DNA from: a virus
Taxonomy: Duplodnaviria > Heunggongvirae > Uroviricota > Caudoviricetes
Direction: 5' to 3' (one strand)
IMG/VR virus record: IMGVR_UViG_2531839130_000012
DNA length: 35,037 nt
In this document: positions 8,841-18,065 of the stretch, piece by piece
Numbering within the stretch: position 1 is the first letter of the stretch
Layout of the letters: each line of letters begins with the position of its first letter
The notes under the pieces: generated by a model
Told to the model about the DNA's origin: nothing
Databases searched by the model: none
Seen by the model: the letters and a program-made list of their open reading frames with translations, nothing else
Position numbers and translations under genes: made by a program

Positions 8841-10238
8841 ATGAAGATGTATGAAGTAATTGATATATCAGCGCAGGAAATTAAGGCGTTGTTAAACACT
8901 ACTGAAGATCATTTCAATGATTTTAAAAGTAAGCAAATAGCGCCTAATAAATTACAAGAAACTTTTGTAGCATTTGCAAATGCTGATGGCGGTAATATTT
9001 ATATTGGCATAGAGGATGCAGCTTCGGGGAGAGAGCGTATATCTGGTTTCAATGAGCCAGAGGAAGCGAATGCTATTATTTCGACCTTATTGGAAAATAC
9101 TAATCCAGCTGTTGAGAATGTTGAGGTGGAATATTTAAGAACACCTTCCAATGGATTGATTTTACATGTGGATATACCAAAAAGCCCCAAAGTTCATTAC
9201 ACGGCCTCTGGCGATTGCTTTATAAGAGCTAACGCGCAAAAATTAAAAATAAAAGGTGAGCGAATTACTCAGCTTTCCTATTCTAAAGGCGCAGAACCTT
9301 ATGAAAAAAAAGCAGTGGATATAGTTGAAGTAGAAGATATTCTTGAAAGTGAATATTATTCTGATTATTTACGTAGAATAGGAACGACTCAGTCACCGAG
9401 AGTTTTTTTAAAAAAACAACGACTGTTAACTAAGAAAGATGGTGAATTTGTCCCGAATGTAGGCTGTGTTTTACTATTTGATGAAGAGCCTCAAGGATGT
9501 TTAGATACTCGATGTGCTGTAAAAGTATATCGGCTTAGAACAACTGAAGCAGAGTACAAACGTGAACAATTACAGGAAGATCCTGTAACGATTGAGGGGC
9601 CACTTGAAGTGGTTATTTTAAATACAATAGCAAAAGTAAAAGAATATGTTGATGGAGCATCATTCAAAGACGGCGAAAATCTAGTAAAACTTAGCTATCC
9701 TGCAGAAGCATTGAAGGAAATATTAGTTAATGCTGTTATTCATAGAGATTACAGCCAAAAGGATGATGTGCACGTAAAAGTTTATGACAACCGGATTGAA
9801 GTTCAAAGTCCAGGCAGATTGCCTGGATACATGACTATTAATAATTTATATGAAGAGCGGTTTTCTCGTAATCCAAATTTAGTGCGTTTGTTGCATAAAC
9901 TTCCCAATCCAGTGAACCATGATATTGGTGAGGGGCTTGATACTGCAAAAAATGAATTGCGTAAGGCCGGGTTGGTAGCCCCGGTATTTGAAGAAAGGGG
10001 CAATAATTTTGTTGTAATAGTTAAGCATCAAACAATAGCCTCAATTGAGGATGTGATTATTAATTATTTTAAAGAAAATCCAACGGGACAGCTCACAAAT
10101 AAGTTGGTTAGACAATTAAGTGGCGAAGATGACCTTCAAAAGGTTAAAAAGGCATTGCAAAAGTTAAGGGAGGAGGGCGTAATAAAACCATTAGATCCTA
10201 ACGCGAATCCTTTCAAATTTAAATATATTAAAGCTTAA
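8841..10238 (+). CDS. Schlafen-like/AlbA_2 DNA-binding domain + HATPase_c_4-like domain + C-terminal winged-helix protein (465 aa); candidate defence/cargo gene
   Basis: N-terminal FNDFKSK...VAFANADGGNIYIGIED (AlbA_2/Schlafen signature); central EALKEILVNAVIHRDYS...VKVYDNRIEVQSPGRLP (HATPase_c_4 signature); C-terminal LTNKLVRQLSGEDDLQKVKKALQKLREEGVI (wHTH-like); strongly AT-rich; flanked by terminators; the start may be ATG 8847 rather than 8841. Confidence 0.7.
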   Translation: MKMYEVIDISAQEIKALLNTTEDHFNDFKSKQIAPNKLQETFVAFANADGGNIYIGIEDAASGRERISGFNEPEEANAIISTLLENTNPAVENVEVEYLRTPSNGLILHVDIPKSPKVHYTASGDCFIRANAQKLKIKGERITQLSYSKGAEPYEKKAVDIVEVEDILESEYYSDYLRRIGTTQSPRVFLKKQRLLTKKDGEFVPNVGCVLLFDEEPQGCLDTRCAVKVYRLRTTEAEYKREQLQEDPVTIEGPLEVVILNTIAKVKEYVDGASFKDGENLVKLSYPAEALKEILVNAVIHRDYSQKDDVHVKVYDNRIEVQSPGRLPGYMTINNLYEERFSRNPNLVRLLHKLPNPVNHDIGEGLDTAKNELRKAGLVAPVFEERGNNFVVIVKHQTIASIEDVIINYFKENPTGQLTNKLVRQLSGEDDLQKVKKALQKLREEGVIKPLDPNANPFKFKYIKA

Positions 10239-10244
10239 GTTAAA

Positions 10245-10269
10245 GGTGGAGGTTGTCTCCACCTTTTTT
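10245..10269. terminator. Bidirectional rho-independent terminator (GGTGGAG gttgt CTCCACC, A-run before, T-run after)
   Basis: Between the convergent 465-aa gene and the portal gene. Confidence 0.55.
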
Positions 10270-10289
10270 CATAGGTAATGATTTTTAAA

Positions 10290-11318
10290 TTATAGTTTAT
10301 AGTGTTCGAAAGTTATTGCTTCTTCATTGATCCAATAGTTGAGATCTTGTAACTTCTTCTGAAGTGGCATCAGTTCATTCCGAACAAATACCCGGCTGGC
10401 CTTCTCCACATCCCCAAACCCTCCAACATTATTAGGCATAATCCCCATCATTTGCGGCGGCACGCGGTGCGCAGCCATCATGTCGTCGCGGCTGACATTT
10501 TTGATATTCAGAAATTCATCCTTCGCCGCGACTTCTGATAACGGGATGATTTGAAGCCCGTCCTTTTTGCCGTTAGGCGAGTACATAAACAGATTGCGGA
10601 AGTTGCCTGGACCTTTGGCGCTTTTCATTGCGTTGCGGAGGTTGTTCACATCCTCCTGGTTCTGCGCGGCATCGGTCATGTACATGATGAAGCCTGCATG
10701 GCTGCCGTTGATGTAATACTTACGGCGGAACAGCGTGGCGGACTCGTTGAGCAGGGCTGACGGAATGGCAGAAAGATAGCCGGGCAGGCCGTAGATCTCC
10801 TGGTTAATGTCCGGTTCCATCAGATGAAAAATGCTGCCTTTCGTGAACTGATACGGCTGGGTTGTCATACCGTATTGCACAAACCAGTAGGTATCCAGGT
10901 CTAACCCGCGTCGGGTGTATTTTGCCAGAGCAGGCTCAAGGGCGATAACTTCACCGAAGCGGTTCGTGCGTTTCTCCAGGTAGGCGTTACCAAATACCAG
11001 ATAGTCCTGCACAAAACGTGAAAAAGCCTGCTGGCTGAGCAGCGGATGGGGGATGTAGGTACTGGTCAGAATGTTGCATTTCACCGCAATTGGTGAACTG
11101 TGATGCACGGCGGCGCGGAAGGTGCGTGCCAGTCCGTCAAAGCTTACTGGCGGCTCATACCAGCGATCTGTCTGTACGCATTCCACATAGTCCAGTAGTT
11201 CGCGGCGGTCCAGAACAGGAACGGGATCACCGAAGCTGAATGCTTCGGCTGTAGTTTGACTTTTATGCTGGATCTGGTTCGTCGACGCAGCGCGGTTCTT
11301 CTTACTCTTTCCCATCAA
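10290..11318 (-). CDS. Q: Portal protein (P2 gpQ family)
   Basis: 342 aa; first late gene next to the cos region, co-oriented with and overlapping the terminase ATPase gene, as in the P2 PQ operon. Confidence 0.9.
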   Translation of the reverse strand: MMGKSKKNRAASTNQIQHKSQTTAEAFSFGDPVPVLDRRELLDYVECVQTDRWYEPPVSFDGLARTFRAAVHHSSPIAVKCNILTSTYIPHPLLSQQAFSRFVQDYLVFGNAYLEKRTNRFGEVIALEPALAKYTRRGLDLDTYWFVQYGMTTQPYQFTKGSIFHLMEPDINQEIYGLPGYLSAIPSALLNESATLFRRKYYINGSHAGFIMYMTDAAQNQEDVNNLRNAMKSAKGPGNFRNLFMYSPNGKKDGLQIIPLSEVAAKDEFLNIKNVSRDDMMAAHRVPPQMMGIMPNNVGGFGDVEKASRVFVRNELMPLQKKLQDLNYWINEEAITFEHYKL

Positions 11319-13081
11319 AAAATCTCCACAATATTACTGGTATTGGCGGACTCGCCCTGCAGTGGTTCGTTAAACAGTGCGTGCATTGTTGCCCAGGCCA
11401 GATCGGCGTGGCTGGCTTCTTCGCTGCGGCTGGCTTCATAGGTCGGGCGGTTGCCGCTGGCGGTGGTGGCGCGACGGATTGCCATGAATGACTGCGCAAT
11501 GTCGGTGTGCCCGGCGTCAAACTCCAGACGGCGGTGGCTGATAATGTCGTAGGCCTTGAGCACCAGGGCGTTTTTAACGTTGGGGTTGTAGACAAACTCC
11601 CGGACGGCAGGAAAGAATGCTTTCACGTTCTCGTAAACCCCGTGACCAACGCCGGTTGAGTCGATACCGATATAAGTCACGTTGTACTGTTCGGTCAGTT
11701 TTTTGATGGCGTCAGCCTGAGCGCGGAAGTCCATCCCGCGCCACTGGTGACGCTCAAGAATGCGGAATTTACCGCCCGGTACGGCTGGCGGTGCCACCAC
11801 CACGCATCCGGCACTGTCGCCGTTCTGAGTACCTTTTGCGGGGTCATAACCGATCCATACTTCGCGCCAGCCAAACGGGCGCAGGGCCAGTGCATGAAAG
11901 TCGGTCCAGATTTCCCAGCTGTCCACCATGCACGCCTGCAGTTCGCTGAGCGGGAACACGGACGCGAGATCGTCCACGAACTCGCACATCAGCAGGTTCT
12001 GGTATTCGTCCGGGCTGTACTCCATGCGCAGCTGGTCGAGGTCGAACAGGTTACAGCCGCCGCGCACCGCATCTTCCACGGTGACTATCTGGCGGTATTG
12101 CCCGTCTGCGCACAGCAGGCCGGGGGCCAGATTGCTGTGGGACAGGTCGATGTCCACCTTGTCAGCTTTGTTGCGTCCACGGTTGAACAGCGCACCGGAC
12201 CAGAACGGATAAGCACTGTGGGTCAGGCTGGATGGCGTGGAAAAATAGGTTTGTCGCCATTTCTTGTGAATAGCCATCCCGGAAGCCACTTTGCGCAGCT
12301 CCTGGAATTTCGGGATCCAGAAATATTCATCCAGATACAGGTTGCCGTGGTAACTCTGGGCCGTGCGGGCATTGGTTCCGAGGAAGTAAAGCGTAGCCCC
12401 ATTAGGAAGCACCATCGGATCGCCTTTCAGCTCCACCTCCACTTCTTTGGCGAAGTCGATGATGTACTGCTTAAAGACGTGGGCCTGTGCCTTACTGGCG
12501 GAAAGGAAAATCTGGTTACGTCCGGTCAGCAGGGCGTCAATCAGGGCTTCACGGGCAAAATAGAAGGTCGCGCCGATCTGGCGTGACTTCAGCAAGTTGC
12601 GGATGCGGTTGGTTTTTCCGGCTTCCCACCAGTGGCGCTGGTAGTTGAACATGGAGGAATGAAAGATTTCTTCCAGCTTCTCAATCTGTTCATCGGTGAA
12701 AACATTCTTTTCCGGCTGACGGCGCGGGCCTTTGTTACGGTTGGCGACGTTAGGGTTTAAGTCGGCTTCGTTGCCGCCATTGTTAAACTTGCCGATCCGC
12801 GCGTGGCGTTCCGACTGGCGCGCCAGCAGGTCAATCTCTTTGAAATCTTTCCCTTCTTTGTGCTCCTTCATAATGAGCTGGCAGTAGCGTGCGGCGGTGG
12901 TGAGCTGCATCTGATCCAGCGGCCCATAGTCACCCCACTTGTCGCGTTTTTTCCAGCTGTGAACGGTTGCAACTTTCTCGCCCAGCATTTCAGCAATGCG
13001 GGCGACGCGGTATCCCTGAAAGTACAGCAGCATGGCCTGCCGACGGGGATCGAGATCTGCGGGTGTCAGTGTGGTGTTCAT
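11315..13081 (-). CDS. P: Terminase large (ATPase) subunit (P2 gpP family)
   Basis: 588 aa; synteny and size. Confidence 0.9.
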   Translation of the reverse strand: MNTTLTPADLDPRRQAMLLYFQGYRVARIAEMLGEKVATVHSWKKRDKWGDYGPLDQMQLTTAARYCQLIMKEHKEGKDFKEIDLLARQSERHARIGKFNNGGNEADLNPNVANRNKGPRRQPEKNVFTDEQIEKLEEIFHSSMFNYQRHWWEAGKTNRIRNLLKSRQIGATFYFAREALIDALLTGRNQIFLSASKAQAHVFKQYIIDFAKEVEVELKGDPMVLPNGATLYFLGTNARTAQSYHGNLYLDEYFWIPKFQELRKVASGMAIHKKWRQTYFSTPSSLTHSAYPFWSGALFNRGRNKADKVDIDLSHSNLAPGLLCADGQYRQIVTVEDAVRGGCNLFDLDQLRMEYSPDEYQNLLMCEFVDDLASVFPLSELQACMVDSWEIWTDFHALALRPFGWREVWIGYDPAKGTQNGDSAGCVVVAPPAVPGGKFRILERHQWRGMDFRAQADAIKKLTEQYNVTYIGIDSTGVGHGVYENVKAFFPAVREFVYNPNVKNALVLKAYDIISHRRLEFDAGHTDIAQSFMAIRRATTASGNRPTYEASRSEEASHADLAWATMHALFNEPLQGESANTSNIVEIF

Positions 13082-13127
13082 GGCACAAACCTACAGCCTT
13101 GAATGAAGGCTTTCCCCGCCTGCGGTT

Positions 13128-13145
13128 TGTGTGATTGTCGGTACA
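13128..13145. promoter_or_regulatory. Ogr/B-type late-promoter dyad TGT-N12-ACA (divergent P/O late promoter region)
   Basis: TGTgtgattgtcggtACA between divergent P and O; a second dyad at 13070-13087 overlaps the P start. Confidence 0.5.
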
Positions 13146-13223
13146 AATACCGCGCATTGTTTCACTGCCCCTATCACCGCAACCATAAGGCTCCAGTAAG
13201 TTTTTTCTAACGGAGCACGGCTC

Positions 13224-14057
13224 ATGACAGTGAAAGCAAAGCGTTTTCGCATCGGGGTGGAAGGTGCCACCACCGACGGACGCGAAATCCAGCGTGAATG
13301 GCTGGAACAGATGGCAGCCAGCTACAACCCGGCGGTGTATACCGCGCTGATTAACCTTGAGCACATCAAGTCTTATCTGCCGGACAGCACCTTTAACCGC
13401 TACGGCAAGGTGACGGCGCTGTTTGCTGAAGAAATCAAGGAAGGTCCGCTGGCAGGCAAGATGGCGCTGTATGCCGACGTTGAGCCAACGGAGTCCCTGG
13501 TGGAACTGGTGAAAAAAGGCCAGAAATTATTCACCTCTATGGAAGTCAGCCCGAAGTTCGCTGATACGGGCAAAGCCTACCTGGTCGGCCTGGCTGCCAC
13601 TGATGACCCTGCCAGTCTGGGCACTGAAATGCTGACATTCAGCGCCAGTGCAGCCCATAACCCGCTGGCAAACCGCAAGCAGAATCCTGCCAATCTCTTT
13701 ACCGCTGCAGAAGAAACGGTGATCGAACTGGAGGAAATCCAGGACGACAAACCGTCCCTGTTTGCCCGCGTCACGGCGCTGTTCACCAAAAAAGAGCAGT
13801 CAGACGATGCCCGGTTCTCTGATGTGCATAAGGCCGTGGAGCTGGTCGCCACTGAGCAGCAAAACCTGAGTGCGCGCACCGAAAAATCCCTGTCTGAACA
13901 GGAAGAACGCTTGTCTGAGCTGGAGACAGCCCTGCAGGCACAGCTGACCGCCTTTGACGAACTGGTGGACAAGCTGAGCCATGAAGACAGCCGCCAGGAC
14001 TACCGCCAGCGTGCAACAGGCGGTAACGCCCCCGCTGACACTCTGACCAATTGCTGA
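13224..14057 (+). CDS. O: Capsid scaffolding protein (P2 gpO family)
   Basis: Starts MTVKAKRFRIGVEGATTDGREI..., resembling P2 gpO; synteny. Confidence 0.85.
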   Translation: MTVKAKRFRIGVEGATTDGREIQREWLEQMAASYNPAVYTALINLEHIKSYLPDSTFNRYGKVTALFAEEIKEGPLAGKMALYADVEPTESLVELVKKGQKLFTSMEVSPKFADTGKAYLVGLAATDDPASLGTEMLTFSASAAHNPLANRKQNPANLFTAAEETVIELEEIQDDKPSLFARVTALFTKKEQSDDARFSDVHKAVELVATEQQNLSARTEKSLSEQEERLSELETALQAQLTAFDELVDKLSHEDSRQDYRQRATGGNAPADTLTNC

Positions 14058-14073
14058 TGGAGCACAAAACCTG

Positions 14074-15132
14074 ATGAAGAAGAATACCCGCTTTGCTTTT
14101 AACGCTTACCTGCAGCAGCTGGCGCGTCTGAACGGTGTGGCAGTTGAAGAACTGTCCAGCAAGTTCACCGTGGAGCCGTCTGTGCAGCAGACGCTGGAAG
14201 ACCAGATCCAGCAGTCCGCCGCTTTCCTGACGCTGATTAATGTCACCCCGGTGACTGAACAGTCCGGTCAACTGCTGGGGTTGGGTGTTGGCAGCACCAT
14301 TGCCGGAACCACTGATACCACCGCAAAAGAGCGTGAGCCTGTCGATCCGACGCTGATGGTCGATGTGGAATATAAATGCGAGCAGACCAACTTTGATACG
14401 GTGCTGACCTACGCGAAGCTGGACCTGTGGGCGAAGTTTCAGGATTTCCAGGTGCGTATCCGTGACGCCATCGTGAAACGTCAGGCACTGGACCGCATCA
14501 TGATCGGCTTTAACGGCGTGAAGCGTGCGAAAACCTCCAACCGTAGCGAAAACCCGTTGCTGCAGGATGTGAACAAAGGCTGGCTGCAGAAAATCCGTGA
14601 GGATGCACCGGATCACGTCATGGGCAGCACCACCACGGGCGGTAAAACCACACCGGGCGCAGTGAAAGTCGGCAAAGGTGGCGAATATGCCAACCTGGAC
14701 GCTGTAGTGATGGATGCGGTCAATGAGCTTATCGACGTGGTCTACCAGGACGATGACGATCTGGTGGTGATTTGCGGTCGTGAACTGCTGTCTGACAAGT
14801 ATTTCCCGCTGGTCAACAAAGAGCAGGAAAACAGTGAAAAACTGGCTGCCGATATGATCATCAGCCAGAAACGCATGGGTGGCCTGCAGGCCGTGCGTGC
14901 GCCGTTCTTCCCGCCGAATGCGCTGCTGATCACCCGTCTGGATAACCTGTCCATCTACTGGCAGGAAGACACCCGCCGCCGTTCAGTTATCGACAACCCG
15001 AAACGTGATCGGATTGAAAACTTTGAATCCGTTAACGAAGCCTATGTGGTTGAGGACTACCGCTGCGCCGCACTGGTGGAAAACATCCAGATTGGTGATT
15101 TCAGCGCCGCCGCAGCCGAAACAGGAGCGTAA
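14074..15132 (+). CDS. N: Major capsid protein (P2 gpN family)
   Basis: 352 aa; synteny O-N-M. Confidence 0.9.
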   Translation: MKKNTRFAFNAYLQQLARLNGVAVEELSSKFTVEPSVQQTLEDQIQQSAAFLTLINVTPVTEQSGQLLGLGVGSTIAGTTDTTAKEREPVDPTLMVDVEYKCEQTNFDTVLTYAKLDLWAKFQDFQVRIRDAIVKRQALDRIMIGFNGVKRAKTSNRSENPLLQDVNKGWLQKIREDAPDHVMGSTTTGGKTTPGAVKVGKGGEYANLDAVVMDAVNELIDVVYQDDDDLVVICGRELLSDKYFPLVNKEQENSEKLAADMIISQKRMGGLQAVRAPFFPPNALLITRLDNLSIYWQEDTRRRSVIDNPKRDRIENFESVNEAYVVEDYRCAALVENIQIGDFSAAAAETGA

Positions 15133-15135
15133 TCC

Positions 15136-15786
15136 ATGAGCCTGAGTCCCGCACGGCAGCATCGCCTGCGCGTTCAGGCTGAACAGGCCGCCCGCGAGGG
15201 CGGCAGTGTTCGCCACGCATCGGGCTATGACCTGATGCTGCTGCAACTGGCGGAAGACCGCCGCCGTCTCAAGGGCGTTCAGTCCACGGTCAAAAAAGCG
15301 GAAATCAAGGTGGAGCTGCTGCCGAAGTACGCCGCCTGGGCAGAGGGTGTCCTGGCTGCCGGAGGCGCTCAACAGGATGACGTGCTGATGTACGTGATGC
15401 TGTGGCGCATTGATGCCGGAGATTATGCCGGAGCGCTGGAGATCGGGCGTCATGCCCTGCGTCATGGCTGGGTGATGCCGCTGGGTAACCGCAACGTGCA
15501 GACCGTGCTGGCAGAGGAAATGGCAGACGCCGCGCAGAGCGCAATGCTTGCCGCCACCGGCTTTGATGCTGATCTGTTGCTGCAGACGCTGGAGCTGACA
15601 GACGGTCTGGATATGCCGGACCAGTCACGGGCGCGTCTGCATAAAGCGATTGGCGTTGTCCTGAGTGAAAGCAATCCGGCGTCCGCCCTTAATCATCTCA
15701 ACCATGCGTTACAGCTCGATCCCCGCTGTGGCGTGAAAAAAGACAAACAGCAGCTGGAGCGCAGACTGCGCAATGACAGCCGCTGA
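15136..15786 (+). CDS. M: Terminase small (endonuclease) subunit (P2 gpM family)
   Basis: Synteny and size. Confidence 0.85.
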   Translation: MSLSPARQHRLRVQAEQAAREGGSVRHASGYDLMLLQLAEDRRRLKGVQSTVKKAEIKVELLPKYAAWAEGVLAAGGAQQDDVLMYVMLWRIDAGDYAGALEIGRHALRHGWVMPLGNRNVQTVLAEEMADAAQSAMLAATGFDADLLLQTLELTDGLDMPDQSRARLHKAIGVVLSESNPASALNHLNHALQLDPRCGVKKDKQQLERRLRNDSR

Positions 15787-15881
15787 CAGAACGTGCCCCC
15801 GCGCACGGGCGGCACGGGGTGGCGAAAGGCACAGCCTCATCAAAACCCCGTCCACCGCCCTCTATTTCAGGAGAAAGCAGC

Positions 15882-16346
15882 ATGAAGTTTGTTGCGCCAG
15901 AACAGGCACCGGAACAGGCGGAAATCATCAGAAATACGCCGTTCTGGCCTGATGTGGACCTGTCGGAGTTTCGCAGTGTCATGCGCACTGACGGCACGGT
16001 GACGCAGCCGCGTTTAAAGCAGGTTGCCCTGTCGGCAATTTCGGAGGTCAACGCAGAGCTGTATGAGTTTCGCAGACGCCAGCAGATGCTGGGGTATGCC
16101 TCGCTGGCAGAGGTTCCGGCGGAACAGCTGGACGGGAAAAGTGAGCGCATTCAGCACTATTTCAACGCGGTTTACTGCTGGGCACGCGCCATGCTCAACG
16201 AACGATACCAGGACTATGACGCCACGGCATCCGGTGTGAAGCGAGGCGAAGAACTGGCGGAAGCCAGCGGTGATTTGTGGCGTGACGCCCGCTGGGCCAT
16301 CAGCCGGGTGCAGGATGCGCCGCACTGCACAGTGGAGCTTATCTGA
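15882..16346 (+). CDS. L: Head completion/stabilisation protein (P2 gpL family)
   Basis: AGGAG Shine-Dalgarno before ATG 15882 (MKFVAPEQ); synteny. Confidence 0.8.
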   Translation: MKFVAPEQAPEQAEIIRNTPFWPDVDLSEFRSVMRTDGTVTQPRLKQVALSAISEVNAELYEFRRRQQMLGYASLAEVPAEQLDGKSERIQHYFNAVYCWARAMLNERYQDYDATASGVKRGEELAEASGDLWRDARWAISRVQDAPHCTVELI

Positions 16347-16549
16347 TGAAAGTGCGTGCGTATCAGTATGACACGGTGGACGCGCTTTGCTGGCGTCATT
16401 ACGGGCGCACGCAGGGTGTCACGGAGCAGGTACTGAAGGCAAATCCGGGGCTTGCCGAATACGGCCCCTTTTTACCTCACGGGCTGCAGGTGGAGCTGCC
16501 GGACATACCGACCACCACCACCGTGCAGACCGTCCAGCTATGGGACTGA
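16346..16549 (+). CDS. X: Tail protein X
   Basis: 67-aa ORF immediately after L, as in P2. Confidence 0.7.
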   Translation: MKVRAYQYDTVDALCWRHYGRTQGVTEQVLKANPGLAEYGPFLPHGLQVELPDIPTTTTVQTVQLWD

Positions 16550-16552
16550 ATT

Positions 16553-16768
16553 ATGACGCTTGAGCGAATCAGCGCCTTTATCACGTATTGCATCGCCGTC
16601 GTGCTGGCCTGGCTGGGCGATTTGTCCATCAAGGATGCCTCAACGCTGGGCGGCCTGATGATCGGTGTGCTGATGCTGGCTATCAACTGGTACTACAAAC
16701 ACAAAGCCTACCAGCTTCTGCGCGACGGGCAGATCTCGCGGGAGGACTATGAATCCATCAATCGTTAA
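16553..16768 (+). CDS. Holin
   Basis: 71-aa membrane protein with two hydrophobic segments and a charged C-terminus, directly upstream of the endolysin. Confidence 0.65.
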   Translation: MTLERISAFITYCIAVVLAWLGDLSIKDASTLGGLMIGVLMLAINWYYKHKAYQLLRDGQISREDYESINR

Positions 16769-17261
16769 ACGCTGCCTTGTCGGGGCCGTGCTGGCTATTG
16801 CTGCCACGCTGCCGGGGTTTCAGCAGCTTCACACCTCCGAGGAGGGACTGAAACTGATCGCCGATTATGAAGGCTGTCGTCTGCAGCCGTATCAGTGCAG
16901 CGCGGGTGTCTGGACCGACGGCATTGGTAATACGTCGGGCGTCATTCCCGGCAAAATTATTACGGAACGACAGGCAGCTGAAGGGCTGATCTCCAACGTG
17001 CTACGAGTGGAGCGGGCGCTGGAAAGGTGTGTGAAGCAACAGCCGCCGCAGAAGGTGTATGACGCTACGGTGTCGTTTGCCTTCAACGTGGGGACGGGCA
17101 ATGCCTGTAGTTCCACGCTGGTGAAATTGCTCAATCAGCGGCGCTGGGCGGATGCATGCCGACAGTTGCCGCGCTGGGTTTATGTGAAAGGTGTTTTTAA
17201 TCAGGGGCTGGATAACCGCCGTGCGCGGGAGATGGCCTGGTGTTTACAGGGAGCAAACTGA
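16749..17261 (+). CDS. Endolysin, T4-lysozyme-type glycoside hydrolase with SAR-like N-terminal hydrophobic segment
   Basis: N-terminal VGAVLAIAATLPG hydrophobic stretch followed by EEGLKLIADYEGCRL...WTDGIGNT (E...D...T catalytic triad pattern). Confidence 0.8.
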   Translation: MNPSIVKRCLVGAVLAIAATLPGFQQLHTSEEGLKLIADYEGCRLQPYQCSAGVWTDGIGNTSGVIPGKIITERQAAEGLISNVLRVERALERCVKQQPPQKVYDATVSFAFNVGTGNACSSTLVKLLNQRRWADACRQLPRWVYVKGVFNQGLDNRRAREMAWCLQGAN

Positions 17262-17262
17262 A

Positions 17263-17640
17263 ATGAAAAAGAAATTAATCAGCGGACTGTTTCTGATGTT
17301 ATGGATGGCGCTGTTAATCGCAGCAATGGTGTATCCGCAGGGGATTTTTCCGGTACTGGCAGCGTCCGGCGTTTGGGTAGCCTGTTTGCTGACATGGGCG
17401 GTAATTCCGGTAGCGCTGGCTGCGTTAATTAAGAATGGCCCGCTCTGGCAGGAGTTAAGGGCATCTTTGCTGAAGACAATTACCCGAAAAGAAAACGTAT
17501 TTACCAGTTGGGTGATGCGATTGCTGATTGTTGTAAGTCTCGCCTGGACGGGGTGGGCTATTACCCTGGTCTTTTATCTACTGACCGTTATTGCCTTCTG
17601 GATCACCCGTAATCAGATGGCGCAACAGGTAGCAGCATGA
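17263..17640 (+). CDS. Lysis-associated membrane protein (LysA-like, 4 predicted TM segments)
   Basis: Hydrophobic 125-aa protein between the endolysin and the spanin genes. Confidence 0.5.
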   Translation: MKKKLISGLFLMLWMALLIAAMVYPQGIFPVLAASGVWVACLLTWAVIPVALAALIKNGPLWQELRASLLKTITRKENVFTSWVMRLLIVVSLAWTGWAITLVFYLLTVIAFWITRNQMAQQVAA

Positions 17641-18065
17641 ACCGGTTGCTGCTGGTTGTGCTGACGTTATTACTGGCGGCGCTGGGCTGGCAGACGTGGC
17701 GGCTGGCTGATGCCAGCCAGACCATCAGCACGCAGGCAGACGAGCTGCAGAGCAAAAGCCAGGCACTGGCAAAGAGCAATAGCCAGCTTATCAGCCTGTC
17801 CATTCTGACTGAAACCAATAACCGGGAGCAGGCGCGGCTCTATGCCGAAGCAGAACAGACCAGCACACAGCTGAGACAACGACAACACCGGATCGAGGAA
17901 CTGAAACGTGAGAACGAGGATTTACGCCGCTGGGCTGATACTCCTTTGCCTGCTGACATTATCCGGCTGCGGAAACGTCCGGCACTCACCGGAGGTATGG
18001 CTTACCGTCAGTGGTTGTCCGCGAGTGACGCCGTGTCGGCTGGATCAGGCAACGCCGCGCACTAA
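17637..18065 (+). CDS. Inner-membrane spanin (Rz / LysB-like)
   Basis: N-terminal TM segment, coiled-coil-like Q/E/R-rich body; overlapped by a lipoprotein ORF in another frame. Confidence 0.65.
   Translation: MNRLLLVVLTLLLAALGWQTWRLADASQTISTQADELQSKSQALAKSNSQLISLSILTETNNREQARLYAEAEQTSTQLRQRQHRIEELKRENEDLRRWADTPLPADIIRLRKRPALTGGMAYRQWLSASDAVSAGSGNAAH

Noticed and set aside
11747-12586. 279-aa plus-strand ORF antisense to the terminase ATPase gene
   Set aside because: Lies entirely within gene P on the opposite strand in GC-rich DNA; shadow ORF with no recognisable motifs or Shine-Dalgarno.
13783-14616. 277-aa minus-strand ORF across the scaffold and capsid genes
   Set aside because: Antisense shadow ORF in GC-rich coding DNA; it would cross the O/N gene boundary.
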